Source: Octopus vulgaris (Eukaryota). Taken from it: a DNA stretch of 64,000 bases. Position numbers and translations under genes: made by a program. A model generated the notes under the pieces. That model did no database searches and was not told the origin of the DNA. It saw only the letters and a program-made list of their open reading frames with translations. The stretch is from assembly GCA_951406725.2 (NCBI GenBank), contig OX597819.1, forward strand, positions 129,518,001 through 129,582,000. The letters are read 5' to 3'. Below, piece after piece: positions 1-11,870 of the stretch (its first letter is position 1; each line of letters starts with the position of its first letter).

Positions 1-590
1 CCTAACTCCTACCACTCTGTGAGTGTAGTGGGGGCTTTTTACATGCCACCGGCACAGGTGCCAGGGGAGGCTGGCAACGGCCACGATCAAATAATTATAC
101 TTTTCACACAATTGCTAAACAATTAGGCAATATTATCAAAAATACACAGTAAGAAAGGTGTGGTGAGTAGATTACTGTGTTGGCAGCGTTTATTTTTCAT
201 ACTAAACTTTTCTATGGAGCGAATTCATAAATTTTAGCTGCCTCTGCATTTATAAATGAATCAAATTTATCAAATACATTTGTTAGTCTTAAATATCTGT
301 TGAATTTATACAACCTCTTATGGACAATTAAAGATGAATCAAATGTCATATACTCACATCAGCTTTCACTTATCCATCTCTTAACTGACTGCTGTCAAAT
401 TGTAATTAAAGCCACTGTTATCAGATTGATTTGAATATTTGACATATTTTTGGCAGTTATTTTTACTAAATAAATCACTGACATATCAACAGGGTTTACT
501 GAACTTTACTAAGGAGTAGACTGAAACAAAAACGTGTAAAATATCGAAATCAGTTTACCTGATTTAGTTATTAACCTACTAGCTTTAACC

Positions 591-895
591 TTTCGTTTTT
601 GGATTTGGTTTGCAAGATTCTTTATATGAGTTCGTGTGTTGAAGCATATTCTGTTGTGTCTGGGGAGAGTCATTTTCTTTTTGTGCCTTATTTAACACAT
701 TCACCGGTAAAATTTCCACTTTTTTTCTTATTTTTATTTTCCTAAAATTTTCGTTGCGTCAAGACTATTGAAAAGGTTGCAAGACACAACAAAAATTTTA
801 GAACAATAAATAAATAAGAAATAAGTGGAAATTTTACCGGTGAGTGTGTTAAATAAGGCACAAAAAGAAAATGACTCTCCCCAGACACAACAGAG
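591..895. mobile_element. Short palindromic Penelope-like (PLE) insertion, family F1: two inverted terminal-repeat pieces with a hammerhead-like motif
   Basis: Arms ~650-757 and ~782-893 are inverted copies; flanked by 11-bp TSD tagctttaacc (580-590, 896-906); same family as 49152-49514; motif cta-TTGAAAAG-gttg..caac-(A)AAA-att at ~765-802. Confidence 0.7.
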
Positions 896-900
896 TAGCT

Positions 901-1122
901 TTAACCATTTAGCATTTAAACTGGCCATATCCAGCCCAAGTATTCTGTTTTATATTCAAATGGGCGATATCTAGCCTCTCACACCTACCCTACAATGTCA
1001 TTCTAAAAATATACAAGCACATCATTGAAATCTCAAAGCTAAGAGATAATGCGTGATTAATTCAAAACAATGTGAATAAATAAACACTACATTTGACGGA
1101 GTAATTTGAATGCTAAAGTGTT
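901..1122 (+). mobile_element. piggyBac-type MITE (family ttaaCCCTTTAGCATTT), ~215 bp
   Basis: Starts TTAA-cc(a)tttagcatt and ends aatgctaaagtg; homologous copies at 10592, 14624 and 37115. Confidence 0.7.
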
Positions 1123-1240
1123 GGGTTGAATAAATTTCACAGTGGTTCGTTAAAATGAAGGTAAGTAATTGGCAATGAGTCTATACAGCCTCACTGCTTA
1201 CAGGAAGGTTGGATAAACATGAAAGATGCTTATGACTCCC

Positions 1241-1554
1241 TTTTACTCTTTTACTTGTTTCAGTCATTTGACTGCGGCCACGCTGGAGCACCGCCTTTAG
1301 TCGAGCAAACTGACCCCAGGACTTATTCTTTGTAAGTCTAGTACTTATTCTATCGGTCTCTTTTGCTGAACCGCTAAGTTATGCAGACGTAAACACACCA
1401 GCATCGGTTGTCAAGCGATGTTGAGGGGACAAACACAGACACACAAACATATATATATACGACGGGCTTCCTTCAGTTTCCGTTTGCCAAATCCACTCAC
1501 AAGGCTTTGGTCAGCCCGAGGCTATAGTAGAAGACACTTGCCCAAGGTGCCACG
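1241..1554 (-). mobile_element. SINE family B (tRNA head, internal microsatellite), 5'-truncated
   Basis: Matches full copies at 46225-46641, 51397-51806 and 63042-63443. Confidence 0.85.
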
Positions 1555-2249
1555 CTAATATATATAATAAATCTAATTTATTTATAAATACAATGATATC
1601 AAAAATCTATGGATTTACTCCACAGTAAAGTTTAGAATGAAAAATAAACACTGCTGATAGGTCAGTAATTTACTTAATAGTAACAGCCAAAAATGTATAA
1701 AATATTCAAATCAGTCCACTTAATTAAGTTATGCCTAATGACACTGGCTTTAAATACTTTTTGACATTGTTCAGTTAAGTGTAAGTTAAATGAGTACCAA
1801 TGAATGTAATAACACTTGAAACCATAGCCCAGATGATCCCTCTTTTACTGTCCACAATAAACATGACAAATATCTACAACTGTCTAATCAATGTAATACA
1901 TTTAATTAACTTTTAAAACCCATGTCATGTCAGCACGGAAAATGGATGTTAAATTACGATGATGAAATTATAAATGCAGTGACAGCTAAAATCTATGGAT
2001 TTACTTCATAGTAAAGTTTTGTATGGAATGGCATAGTATATAGTTATCTGAAGAGTTGCAAGAGATCTCTGAAGATAGCAATGGTGTAGGGAACATCTCT
2101 ATCTTAGATGGGGAAATTCTGTTTGCCAATACTTCAGTGTCGGAAACAATAGAAGCTATATTAAAAAATGTATACAAATACCTAAGGATAAAACCATTCA
2201 TCATACCAGCTAACATACTTAAAGAAGCTGCTAAAGCATTGTAAATATA

Positions 2250-2846
2250 TTTATTTCTTTACTACCCACAAGGGGCTAAACACAGAGAGGACAAACAAGG
2301 ACAGACAAATGGATTAAGTCGATTATATTGACCCCAGTGCGTAACTGGTACTTAATTTATTGACCCCGAAAGGATGAAAGGCAAAGTCGACCACGGCGGA
2401 ATTTGAACTCAGAACATAGTGGCAGACGAAATACCTATTTCTTTACTACCCACAAGGGGCTAAACACAGAGAGGACAAACAAGGACAGACAAATGGATTA
2501 AGTTGATTATATCGACGCCAATGCGTAACTGGTACTTATTTAAGGGAACCCGAAAGGATGAAGTGCAAAGTCGACCTCGGCGGAATTTGAACTCAGAACA
2601 GTGGCAGACGAAATACCTATTTCTTTACTCCCCACAAGGGGCTAAACACAGAGAGGACAAACAAGGACAGACAAACGGATTAAGTTGATTATATCGACCT
2701 CAGTGCGTAACTGGTACTTAATTTATCGACCCCGAAAGGATGAAAGTCAAAGTCGACCTCGGCGGAATTTGAACTCAGAACGTAACGGCAGACGAAATAT
2801 GGCTACGCATTTCGCCCGGCTTGCTAACGTTTCTGCCAGCTCGCCA
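2250..2846 (-). mobile_element. SINE family C (Nin/Deu-domain-like) tandem trimer
   Basis: Three head-to-tail units (~2250-2435, 2436-2617, 2618-2846); core gtcgactttgcctttcatcctttcggggtcgataaattaagtaccag on the minus strand; only the last unit keeps the ggcgagctggcagaa head. Confidence 0.85.
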
Positions 2847-3044
2847 CCTGTAAATACAGCAGTTATATGGATGTTATTCTCGCCATAAGCATACTGCAAG
2901 ATGCTGGTAAATTAAAAGAAGACCTAGAAAACAACTCTGTACAAAAATTCAACAACCAGAACAATAGAAATCAAATCTGACAATACAATGTTCCATTTCT
3001 TGGCATAAACATGCAGATACAAATCAACAAATATATCATACAGG

Positions 3045-3386
3045 GTGACCTGCTGTGCTTGAGGAGACCTATTGAGTCAAGTACATCAACATCAATATAA
3101 ATATCAAATGGAAATTGTAGTTGTGATACCTGTGCCGGTGGCACGTAAAATGCACCATCCAAACGTGGCCGATGCCAGCGCTGCCTTGACTGGCTTCCGT
3201 GCCGGTGGCACATAAAAAGCACCCACTACACTCTCGGAGTGGTTGGCGTTAGAAAGGGCATCCATCTGTAGAAACACTGCCAGATCAGACTGGGCCTGGA
3301 GCAGCCTCCTCGCTTCCCAGACCCCGGTCGAACTGTCCAACCCGTGCTAGCACGGAAAACGGATGTTAAACAATAATGATGATGAT
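3045..3386 (+). mobile_element. Repeat family A: RTE-LINE 3' end/3'UTR (end of ORF + ggtggcacgtaaaa modules + (gat)n tail)
   Basis: Starts with gctgtgcttgaggagacc (AVLEET, like the RTE ORF ends at ~49800 and ~52180); ggttggcgttagaaagggcatcca core; gatgat tail. Confidence 0.8.
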
Positions 3387-3719
3387 CGTGTCTGATTAGA
3401 CTAACAAAAAATGACAGAGGTAAAATCCTTACTTAGAAAGAAGCATTTAGATTCTCTTCCAGAAATGAAGCACTAAATAATGAAATCTCCAGAACAAACA
3501 CTAGTTAACCAAAGGCCTACTAACAAACTAACAGACCAAACAACAGAACAACACAAGAAGAAACACTGCTACAAATATATCAGATACTACACTTGTTAAA
3601 AATATACTAACCACATATAGAATACATTATTTCAATGCATATTAATAAAATGGATGTAATCATAAAATGGATGAATACATCATCAAAATCTTTGTAAAAC
3701 AGAATATAAAAAGCATTAA

Positions 3720-3939
3720 CACTTTCGTTACTGGATTTATTTTGAGATGTTCTGTGTTTCTTTCGATTACTTCAAATATAACACAGAATTTAGTAAAATA
3801 ACATAGTTACCGTTCAGCTAGTATTAGGAACATAAATTGTGACTAAGGTTTGGTTGAAGATTTTAATTCAAAACTTATGAAAACAAGACATTTGTACTGA
3901 GAGCCAGAAGCGGTTTCAACCGGGTTGGTAACGAAACGG
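3720..3939. mobile_element. piggyBac-derived MITE (TIR CCCTTTCGTTAC), TTAA TSD
   Basis: TTAA at 3716-3719 and 3940-3943; TIR cactttcgttac/gtaacgaaacgg; inverted copy of 10848-11065; same TIR as 20887-21953. Confidence 0.85.
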
Positions 3940-4714
3940 TTAAGCTAATTGATAAATGAACACTAATATGTATTTTAAGATGCTAAAATATATATTTTAA
4001 AAAATACCTTCATTTTAAAAACAAACCACAAACAAGTAAAGCTGCTAATGAGCTGCTAATAACTAATATCGTTAATAAATTCAATTGCTAACATGAAAGT
4101 TGCAAACTTCATGATTCCAGCAGTTATGTTGGCCAAACCAAAATGATATTCACCTGGCAGCTAACCATGCATTTACAAGGAACAACTGCAGTGTACTATG
4201 CCACATTAACATGAAATAGAACGATGTAGGAAAAACTGAGTGAACAGCACATGTATACTCTAGAGAATTAGCCACAAAAACAAATGATTAAAAATAAAAG
4301 TAATGGTTTTAGCTAAACACGATGTTAAAATATACAGTCAGACAAAAAGAATTCCTGGCTGATGACTTAGCTGTATAACTCTAATAGTTAAAATTCGACA
4401 CCCATCACATGGGCCCTGTCAGCTATAAAGAGGCAACAACACACACCAATATCACTTCATTCTGAAGATGAGGCCTTGAAGGTTTAGAAATATTTATAAT
4501 GAATTTAGGAACTTTGCTTGTTCCAAACAAACTATAATGAGCTCATACAAAAATACGAAACCCCTTGGTGGGAAAATGTCAACTAAAACTCAGTAATGTA
4601 TTCAATACACATGTAAAAGAAGATGTTTCTCTCTCTCTCTCTCTCACACATGTACATACACACATACATACGCACACATGCACACAAACATATGCAAACA
4701 CAAGCACACACACA

Positions 4715-5378
4715 TATCGATCTCCGCCATCTTTAAAGCCTGTTCCCTTAATACACTTCCGCCTTGTCCAAAAATTCCTTTCCGGTCAATTTCTTTACTT
4801 AAGGCAACAACATCTGCTCTCTCATTCATTCACCTAGCGGCTATAATCTTGAGCACAGCTAAGTTTGAATGCTTATCTTATTTTTATTTATTTTCACTTC
4901 ACTTCACTTCTCGACCAATCATACATGTTTTCCTATCTGTTGTTATTTATCTATCTAACTATTGTATCTAATTTCTCCTCTATTAACTCTTGCCCGACCA
5001 AGTCTCGCTCTATCATCCTTTTTCAACCTTCGCGCGTATTTGTCTATCGATCTCCGCCATCTTTAAAGCCTGTTCCCTTAATACACTTCCGCCTTGTCCA
5101 AAAATTCCTTTCCGGTCAATTTCTTTACTTAAGGCAACAACATCTGCTCTCTCATTCATTCACCTAGCGGCTATAATCTCGAGCACAGCTAAGTTTGAAT
5201 GCTTATCTTATTTTTATTTATTTTCACTTCACTTCACTTCTCGACCAATCATACATGTTTTCCTATCTGTTGTTATTTATCTATCTAACTATTGTATCTA
5301 ATTTCTCCTCTATTAACTCTATTAACTCTGCCCGACCAAGTCTCGCTCTATCATCCTTTTTCAACCTTCGCGCGTATT
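4715..5378 (+). repeat. Near-perfect tandem duplication, 330-bp unit x2
   Basis: tatcgatctccgccatc at 4715 and 5045; units almost identical, second has an extra attaactct. Confidence 0.9.
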
Positions 5379-5631
5379 CGCGGTGCACCCACCCTGCCCA
5401 CCCCCACCACCAATACCGGATATCTCTATATTTTTGCTCCATCTATACCGGATGTTGTTTCTCCCACCACCATTATAGGTGTCTACTCTTCGAATGCCCC
5501 CTCCTCAATACGCTATTTTCACCATGCATTACCCTCTATCCTACGTTCTACTTGCCTAAGAACCTGTCATCATTCCTCTGAACCACCCCTCCCCACTGGT
5601 GCTCCCCTATATTTCTGCCCCCCCCCCACAT

Positions 5632-5876
5632 AATAAAAAAGCACCATCCGAACGTGGCCGATGCCAGACCCCTCTGGCACCTGTGCAGGTGGCACGTAAA
5701 AAACACCCACTACACTCGCGGAGTGGTTGGCGTTAGGAAGGGCATCCAGCTGTAGAAACACTGCCAGACTAGACTGGAGCCTGGGGCAGTCCCTAGCTCC
5801 CCAGACCCCGGTCGAAACCGTCCAACCCGTGCTAGCGCGGAAAACGGACGTTAAACGATGATGATGATGATGATGA
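5632..5876 (+). mobile_element. Repeat family A copy
   Basis: ggttggcgttaggaagggcatccagctgtagaaac core and (gat)n tail. Confidence 0.85.
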
Positions 5877-5879
5877 CAT

Positions 5880-5932
<53 letters not shown>

Positions 5933-5996
5933 CCATCCATATCAACAGCCAGTGAACATGCAGACATCCAAGAACATTCCGAGCTCCAATCCTTAC

Positions 5997-6923
5997 CTTT
6001 CCTTACGTTACAGTTCTGCAGATTGATGACTGGAATTTGGTGTAGAAACATTCTGCCGGTAAGAGACTCTACTGGCGGCAAAGCTGACGACTGCTGCTGC
6101 TGCATCATATGATGCTGTTGCTGCTCTCCTAGTTGTGGTTTCTGTGACATCATAATGTTATCCGTATCCTCCTCAAGAATTTTACCATTTAAATCAATCG
6201 TTATAGTTCCTTTAGACTGAGTAATGTTACCTTCACAACCAATGCTTTGATTCACATCATTTTGGTTCATTTTCCCCACAGACCCCAATATGTCGTACTG
6301 AGCGGCACAGTTACTCTGAAGATTAACTTCTTCTTCGCTAAAAGACGAAAATGGTTCAGCTTTTATCTCGACATCATAGTTTAAATTCATTTCTTCCTCG
6401 AGATTCATACAGTCTTTTTCTAGGTTTGCCTTTTGGAAACCATTCACTGAGGAGGAATTTAGATTGTCCGAGGAATGAATTTCAATTCTATCGATTGTTC
6501 TTTGATTGTTTTCTTCTACTGCCATTGCATGATGGAGTGGAATTGTCATATTTGGAGCAAGATCATTCTCATTCCTGTAGCTGTCTTGTCTTTTGGGTAA
6601 GTTGAGAAGGGATGAAGAAACTGAAGGAGACGATGATGGAAATTCTTGGATTTGGATTTCAGGAGATGATAAGCACGATGCTAATGATGATGTTTTTCTA
6701 TTAAAATTGTTGGTAATTGGATTTGGCAAAAAATTTATCTGAGGCTGGTTATTATGAGGTTTAGAAGAAGTCTCGCCAGGGAACATAGCTGATTGGTTCA
6801 TGGCCTGAAAGGCATTATCTTCATCTTTGTTTTCATTGGTTACATGAGTCAGTTTTGGTATTCTTGTGGTCTGAGAGCAGATATTGTCTGAAAGCCATCG
6901 TGGAGAAGAGATGCCAGTTTGAT
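5997..6923 (-). CDS. Internal coding exon (927 nt, phase 1-1) of a minus-strand gene; S/N/Q-rich low-complexity region, possibly a nuclear/transcriptional regulator
   Basis: Stop-free 309-codon stretch in non-repetitive DNA; acceptor ttctattgtag|AT at 6924/6923; donor AAG|gtaagg at 5997/5996; VEIKAEP SUMO-consensus motif and poly-Q; frame-compatible with the 22200 exon (G+AT = Asp). Confidence 0.8.
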
Positions 6924-6967
6924 CTACAATAGAATACATATACATGTATAAATATAAATACACAAAG

Positions 6968-7190
6968 TCTTATTCTTTATTCTTTTACTTATTTCAGTCA
7001 TTTGACTGTGGCAATGCTGGAGCACCACCTTGAAGGGTTTTAGTGTAACAAATCGATCCCAGGACTTATTTTTTAAAGCCTAGTGCTAATTCTATCGGTC
7101 TCTTTTGCTGAACCGCTAAGTTACAGGGACATAAACACACCAGCACTGGTCATCATGTGGTGATAGGGAGGCAAAACACAGACACAAAGA
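6968..7190 (-). mobile_element. SINE family B, 3' half
   Basis: ttcagtcatttgactgtggc...ccgctaagttac shared with other family B copies. Confidence 0.75.
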
Positions 7191-8545
7191 CACAAAAGAT
7201 TTGAAGACAAGATCTCAGAGCTGGAAGTCTAAAACTTTAGCGATGACCACAAACATTTGAGAAAGCTCTACTGCAAAAAATAGCAGAGGTCCTTGGAATT
7301 AATTCTTCCCAGCTGTTCATTCCTGTTACAAATAAGAGAAGAAAAGGTTTATACAGCTGTGGACAATTGCTATCATCGCCATTGCCATTGTCATCATCAT
7401 CATAATTTTATACCTGCTTCCCATCTTAGTGTGTGCTGGACATCACAGTCTAAATCACTTCTTATTTGGTGCTATTTCCTGCCTAGATGGGTCAAGAACC
7501 ACATCTTGCTCAGACATTCTATTTTGTTTTGTATCATTTCGATGGCTGCATGTCCTTTCTAATTCTAAACACTTTACAGAGTGAACTGGATGCATATTAT
7601 TATGGCAAAAACATGAGAGATGTTGTTCTGTCTTTGGTATGATTAAAATAATCTTCTTGGCTTCGAGTTGTCTGCATTTCTTTACTAATCACTCTACAGA
7701 GGGTATTGGGTGCATTTTATTGTGGCACCAGCATTAGTGGGGGTGCTATATCCCTTGCAAAACAAAAGAGTCATCATTATTCTATGCTGCCTCTATTCAT
7801 TTGAGACAAGACAAGCAAGGTGAGAGAGAGAGGGGAGAAAGAGAGGGAAAGAGAGAGGGAGAAAGAGAGAGGGGAGGGAGAGAGAGCATAATGGAATAAA
7901 CCGAATAATGGAGGGGTATAGTGGTAGAGATAGAAAACTAGTAAAAAAGGAGAAAGAGAGAGGGAGAGAGAGAGAGGGGGAGAAAGAGAGAGAGAGAGAG
8001 AGATAGAGAGCAATGACAGTCATGTATTGTTTATTATTGGTAATGTAGTTTGCTGGTAAATAATAAAAAATAAACAAAAAATAGGAAGATCTCCACCACT
8101 TTTTGAAAAGTGTTTAAGCATTATTAATCTGTGCTCGTGATAATGCGTGAGTAAACCCGTTTTAGTTAAAGAAAATATTTGTTGATTCATCAACATGACT
8201 AATGAAAAAATACAAACATATCTTCAATAAAATCAAGTTTATCTGATAAAAAAAACACAAAACTGCACAGATATTAAAAATAGCCGTTTGAGACACTTTG
8301 GAGGCTTCTAAATCAGTAGCAATGCTGAGCAGATTATTTTGTTATCAGGCATTCTTGACACCGTTCTTTGTTTTATTTTGTACATGTGATAATGTTTCCT
8401 GTTGCCTTATTTGTCAAGCGTTATTATGGATTATTTGACAACTTAACACACAAAACATGTCACGTCTTGTTCTGTTTCTTTTGTGTGTTATATAAGGGGG
8501 ACAATCCTTTGACTTTTTTTTTTTAACCAAGCAATTTTGTTTTTA

Positions 8546-9083
8546 CGGAGATGTACTTGCATAGCGAGTGACTTGATCTGAGATTGTGTGCTGGAACGAA
8601 AACAATTGCAGCGTGGAAGGTGTTTATAAGCCATTTAAGAAACACACAAAAACCGTTAGATTCACTTCAACATCATCATCATCATCATCATCGTTTAACG
8701 TCCGTTTTCTGCGCTAGCACGGGTTGGACGGTTCGACCGGGGTCTGGGAAGCCAGGGGCTGCACCAGGCTCCAGTCTGATCTGGCAGAGTTTCTACAGCT
8801 GGATGCCCTTCGTAACGCCAACTACTCCAGGAGTGTAGTGGGTGCTTTTTACGTGCCACCTGCACAGGTGCCAGGCGGGGTCAACATTTAAATTTAATTT
8901 GTCAAAATATTTTCGTCGCTTTGAGACCGTGACCTGTTCATTGAACAGGTCACAGTCTCATTGAACAGGTCGCGGTCTCAAAGCGACGAAAATATTTTGA
9001 CAAATTAAATTTAAATGTTGAAGTGAATCTAACAGTTTTTGTGTGTTTCTTAAATGGCTTATAAACACCTTCCACGCTGCAAT
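8546..9083. mobile_element. Short palindromic PLE-type insertion, family F2, left arm split by a family A repeat
   Basis: Left arm ~8604-8670 + 8881-8940 is the reverse complement of ~8962-9083; TSD aattttgttttta at 8533-8545 and 9084-9096; hammerhead-like tca-TTGAACAG-gtcgc..gcgac-GAA-AATATT-T-tga at ~8958-9001. Confidence 0.75.
8671..8880 (-). mobile_element. Repeat family A copy nested in PLE F2
   Basis: (cat)n tail at left; tcaacat duplicated at both junctions. Confidence 0.85.
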
Positions 9084-9269
9084 AATTTTGTTTTTAATAA
9101 GCTTTAATTGTATACCCTAGCCCAATTTCATGAATGCGTTTGGACAGAGTAGTGGTCATACTTCAGTCCACATTACTCAATGTGTTTATCCTCTTTTTGT
9201 TTTTTGTATATATAAAAAAAAAGACCAAACAAACAGCATGATATGACTTGATGAAAATATAGTTGTTCC

Positions 9270-9630
9270 GGTTATCAAAATGAAAACCAAACGGAAATTG
9301 TGGTTAAGATACTCGTACTGGTGACACGTTAAAAACACCATCCAAACGTGGCTGATGCCAGCGCCGCCTGACTGGCGTCTGTGCTGGTGACACATAAAAA
9401 GCACCAACAGATCATGGCCGTTTGACAGCCTCCCCTGGCACCTGTGCCGGTGGCACGTAAAAACACATTACACTCATGGAGTGGTTGGCGTTAGGAAGGA
9501 AGGGCATCCAGCTGTAGAAACACTGCCAGATCAGACTGGTGCCTGGTGCAGCCTCCTGGCTTCCCAGGCACCGGTCGAACCGTCCAACCCATGCTAGCAT
9601 AGAAAACGGACGTTAAACGATGATGATGAT
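9270..9630 (+). mobile_element. Repeat family A copy with three modules
   Basis: Repeated ggtgg/acacRtaaaaa modules, core and (gat)n tail. Confidence 0.85.
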
Positions 9631-10089
9631 AGTTGTTATTTCTATCAGGGCAAGCATTCCAAACAGAGTATCCTTTACTGGCACAACTAAGGAAGAGTAT
9701 ATTCAATTTCTTACTTAATTAGTCCCAGTACATGACTAGACTTAGCAGTCAAAGAGCAGACTTTCACTTTGGCTACACTGTATTTTAACTCCAAAGGTGT
9801 GGGAATAAAACTCAACACTGTGAGATACTTAATCTGAGAATGTTTAAAACTCTACACATTTAATCTTCACAACATAATTTCAGCATTTCAACAAGAACTG
9901 AAGCAATAAGGCACTTAACTATTTGGAGATGAAGTCTACTTCGGCTTCTGTTATTAAAGATGATAGAACCAATTTTTATATGATAAGATAATATCAATTT
10001 ATTCTCATAAAAGAATATGTTATCTTATAAAAAGAATGAGATAATATCATTTTATCGTCAAAGTAAACTAACTTCTGAATCATTTTGTA

Positions 10090-10294
10090 TATTCTTTTAC
10101 TTGTTTCAGTCATTTGACTGGCCATGCTGGAGCACTGCCTTTAGTCGAACAGATCGACCCCAGAGCTTATTCTCTGTAAGCCTAGTACTTATTCTATCGG
10201 TCTCTTAAGCAGAACCGCTAAGTTACGGGGACGTAAACAAACCAGCATCGGTTGTCTAGCGATGTTGGGGGGAAAAACACAGACACATAAGCAT

Positions 10295-10333
<39 letters not shown>

Positions 10334-10467
10334 CGACAGGCTTCTTCCAGTTTCCGTCTACCAAATCCACTCACAAGGCTTTGGTCTGCCCAAGGCTATA
10401 GTAGAAGACACTTGCCCAAGGTACCACGCAGTGGGACTGAACCCGGAACCATGTGGTTAGTAAGCAA
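10090..10467 (-). mobile_element. SINE family B
   Basis: Family B body with internal (CA)n(TA)n tract. Confidence 0.85.
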
Positions 10468-10591
10468 TAGAAGAGTTGAAATTTTCTCGAAGCATTGCGA
10501 ATAAGTAGACTATCAGTGTTATAGAATGCTATGTAGCAATGCAGGATGAACATTAAGTTGCAGTAATAATAACAACAATAATAATCATTAA

Positions 10592-10776
10592 CCCTTTAGC
10601 ATTTAAACCGGCCGTATCCGGCCAAAAGTATTCTGCCTGTTTTATGTTCAAACTGGCCAGATCTGGTCTCTCGCACCAACCCTACAATATCGTTTTAAAA
10701 ATTAACAGCTACCTCATCAAAATCTCATAGCTCCAAGATAATGCCTGATTAGTTCAAGGTAATGTGGATAAAAAGG
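10592..10776 (+). mobile_element. piggyBac-type MITE, right end missing, flanked by a 40-bp direct repeat
   Basis: TTAA-ccctttagcatttaaacc start; attaagttgcagtaataataacaacaataataatcattaa at 10552-10591 and 10777-10816. Confidence 0.75.
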
Positions 10777-10847
10777 ATTAAGTTGCAGTAATAATAACAA
10801 CAATAATAATCATTAAGGAACTGAAATGTTATCCGAGAAATATTTAA

Positions 10848-11065
10848 CCCTTTCGTTACCAACCCGGCTGAAACCGGCTCTGGTTCTGTAGTACAAAGGT
10901 CTTGTTTTCATAAGTTTTGAATTAAAATCTTCCACCAAACCACAGTCACAATTTTTGCTCCTAACACTAGCTGAATGATAAAGTTATTTTACTAAAGTAT
11001 TTGTTATATTTAAAGTAATTCAAAGAAACACAGAGCATCTCAAAATAAATACAGTAACAAAAGGG
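10848..11065. mobile_element. piggyBac-derived MITE (TIR CCCTTTCGTTAC), TTAA TSD
   Basis: TTAA at 10844-10847 and 11066-11069; ccctttcgttac/gtaacaaaaggg. Confidence 0.9.
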
Positions 11066-11424
11066 TTAATTAAACCTAACTTTTCAAGTAAAATACTCCA
11101 TTCCAATAATGTTAAGAGAAGAGAGGAGTGTGCGTGCGTGCGTGTGTGTGTAAACAGAAATTATTCAAGGATGCAATCTGCATGAAAAATAAGTCAAGTT
11201 AGTGCCATCATACATAATGTACCAAAGAACTAGAATATATTACAAATTATTATTACATATATGGCAAAAAGAAAACACTGGCTCACTCATCATCATCATC
11301 ATCATCATCAGTTAGCATCTGTTTTCCATGCTGTCATGGGTTAGATGGGCTGACTAGAAATGGTAAGCTGAAGAACTGTACCAGATTCTGACAAATATTA
11401 ATTTACTTTGATATCAGTAAGTAT

Positions 11425-11650
11425 TTGGGTGTGGCCGTTGCCAGTACCACCAAACTGGCCCTCGTGCCGGTAGCACGTAAAAGCACCCACTACACTCTCG
11501 GAGTGGTTGGCATTAGGAAGGGCATCCAGCTGTAGAAACTCTGTCAGATCAGATTGGAGTCTGGTTCGCCAGACGTCAGTCAAATCGTCCAACCCATGCT
11601 AGCATGGAAACCGGACGTTAAATGATGATGATGATGATGATGATGATGAC
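11425..11650 (+). mobile_element. Repeat family A copy (opposite-orientation tail stub at ~11288-11390)
   Basis: Core and (gat)n tail. Confidence 0.8.
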
Positions 11651-11652
11651 GA

Positions 11653-11870
11653 AGGTGGTGAGCTGGCAGAATTGTTAGTATTCCAGATAAGATGCTTAGA
11701 GGCGTTTCATCTGTCATAACATTCTGAGTTCAAATTCTGCTTTGGTCAACTTTGCCATTCATCCTATCAGGGTTGATGAAGTAAGTAGCACTTGAAAGCT
11801 GAGGTAGATGTAATCGACTAGCCCCTGTCCCCAAATTTTCAGGTCTTGTGCCTTTAGTAGAAAGGATATT
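11653..11870 (+). mobile_element. SINE family C, older variant
   Basis: ggtggtgagctggcagaa head; tctgagttcaaattc B-box-like; Nin-like core. Confidence 0.75.

Larger units (their letters stand above)
1560..4615 (+). pseudogene. Decayed Penelope-like retroelement (RT + GIY-YIG endonuclease + 3' hammerhead-like motif), interrupted by SINEs and a MITE
   Basis: LDGEILFANTSVSETIEAILKNVY (~2100-2175) resembles PLE RT motif LDVESLFTNVPV-ETI; YSSYMDV..LKEDLENNSVQKF (~2855-2950) resembles the YxRYVDD region; YVGQT..LTMHLQ (4125-4178) resembles the GIY-YIG YIGQT motif; CTGAAGA..GAAA with ttcatt/aatgaa stem at 4456-4503; many stops and frameshifts. Confidence 0.75.

Noticed and set aside
5851-6963. 370-aa single-exon ORF as listed in the ORF track
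   Set aside because: Both ends run into microsatellite/intron sequence (MYLYLY.., VCVCVC..); splice sites delimit the likely exon at 5997-6923
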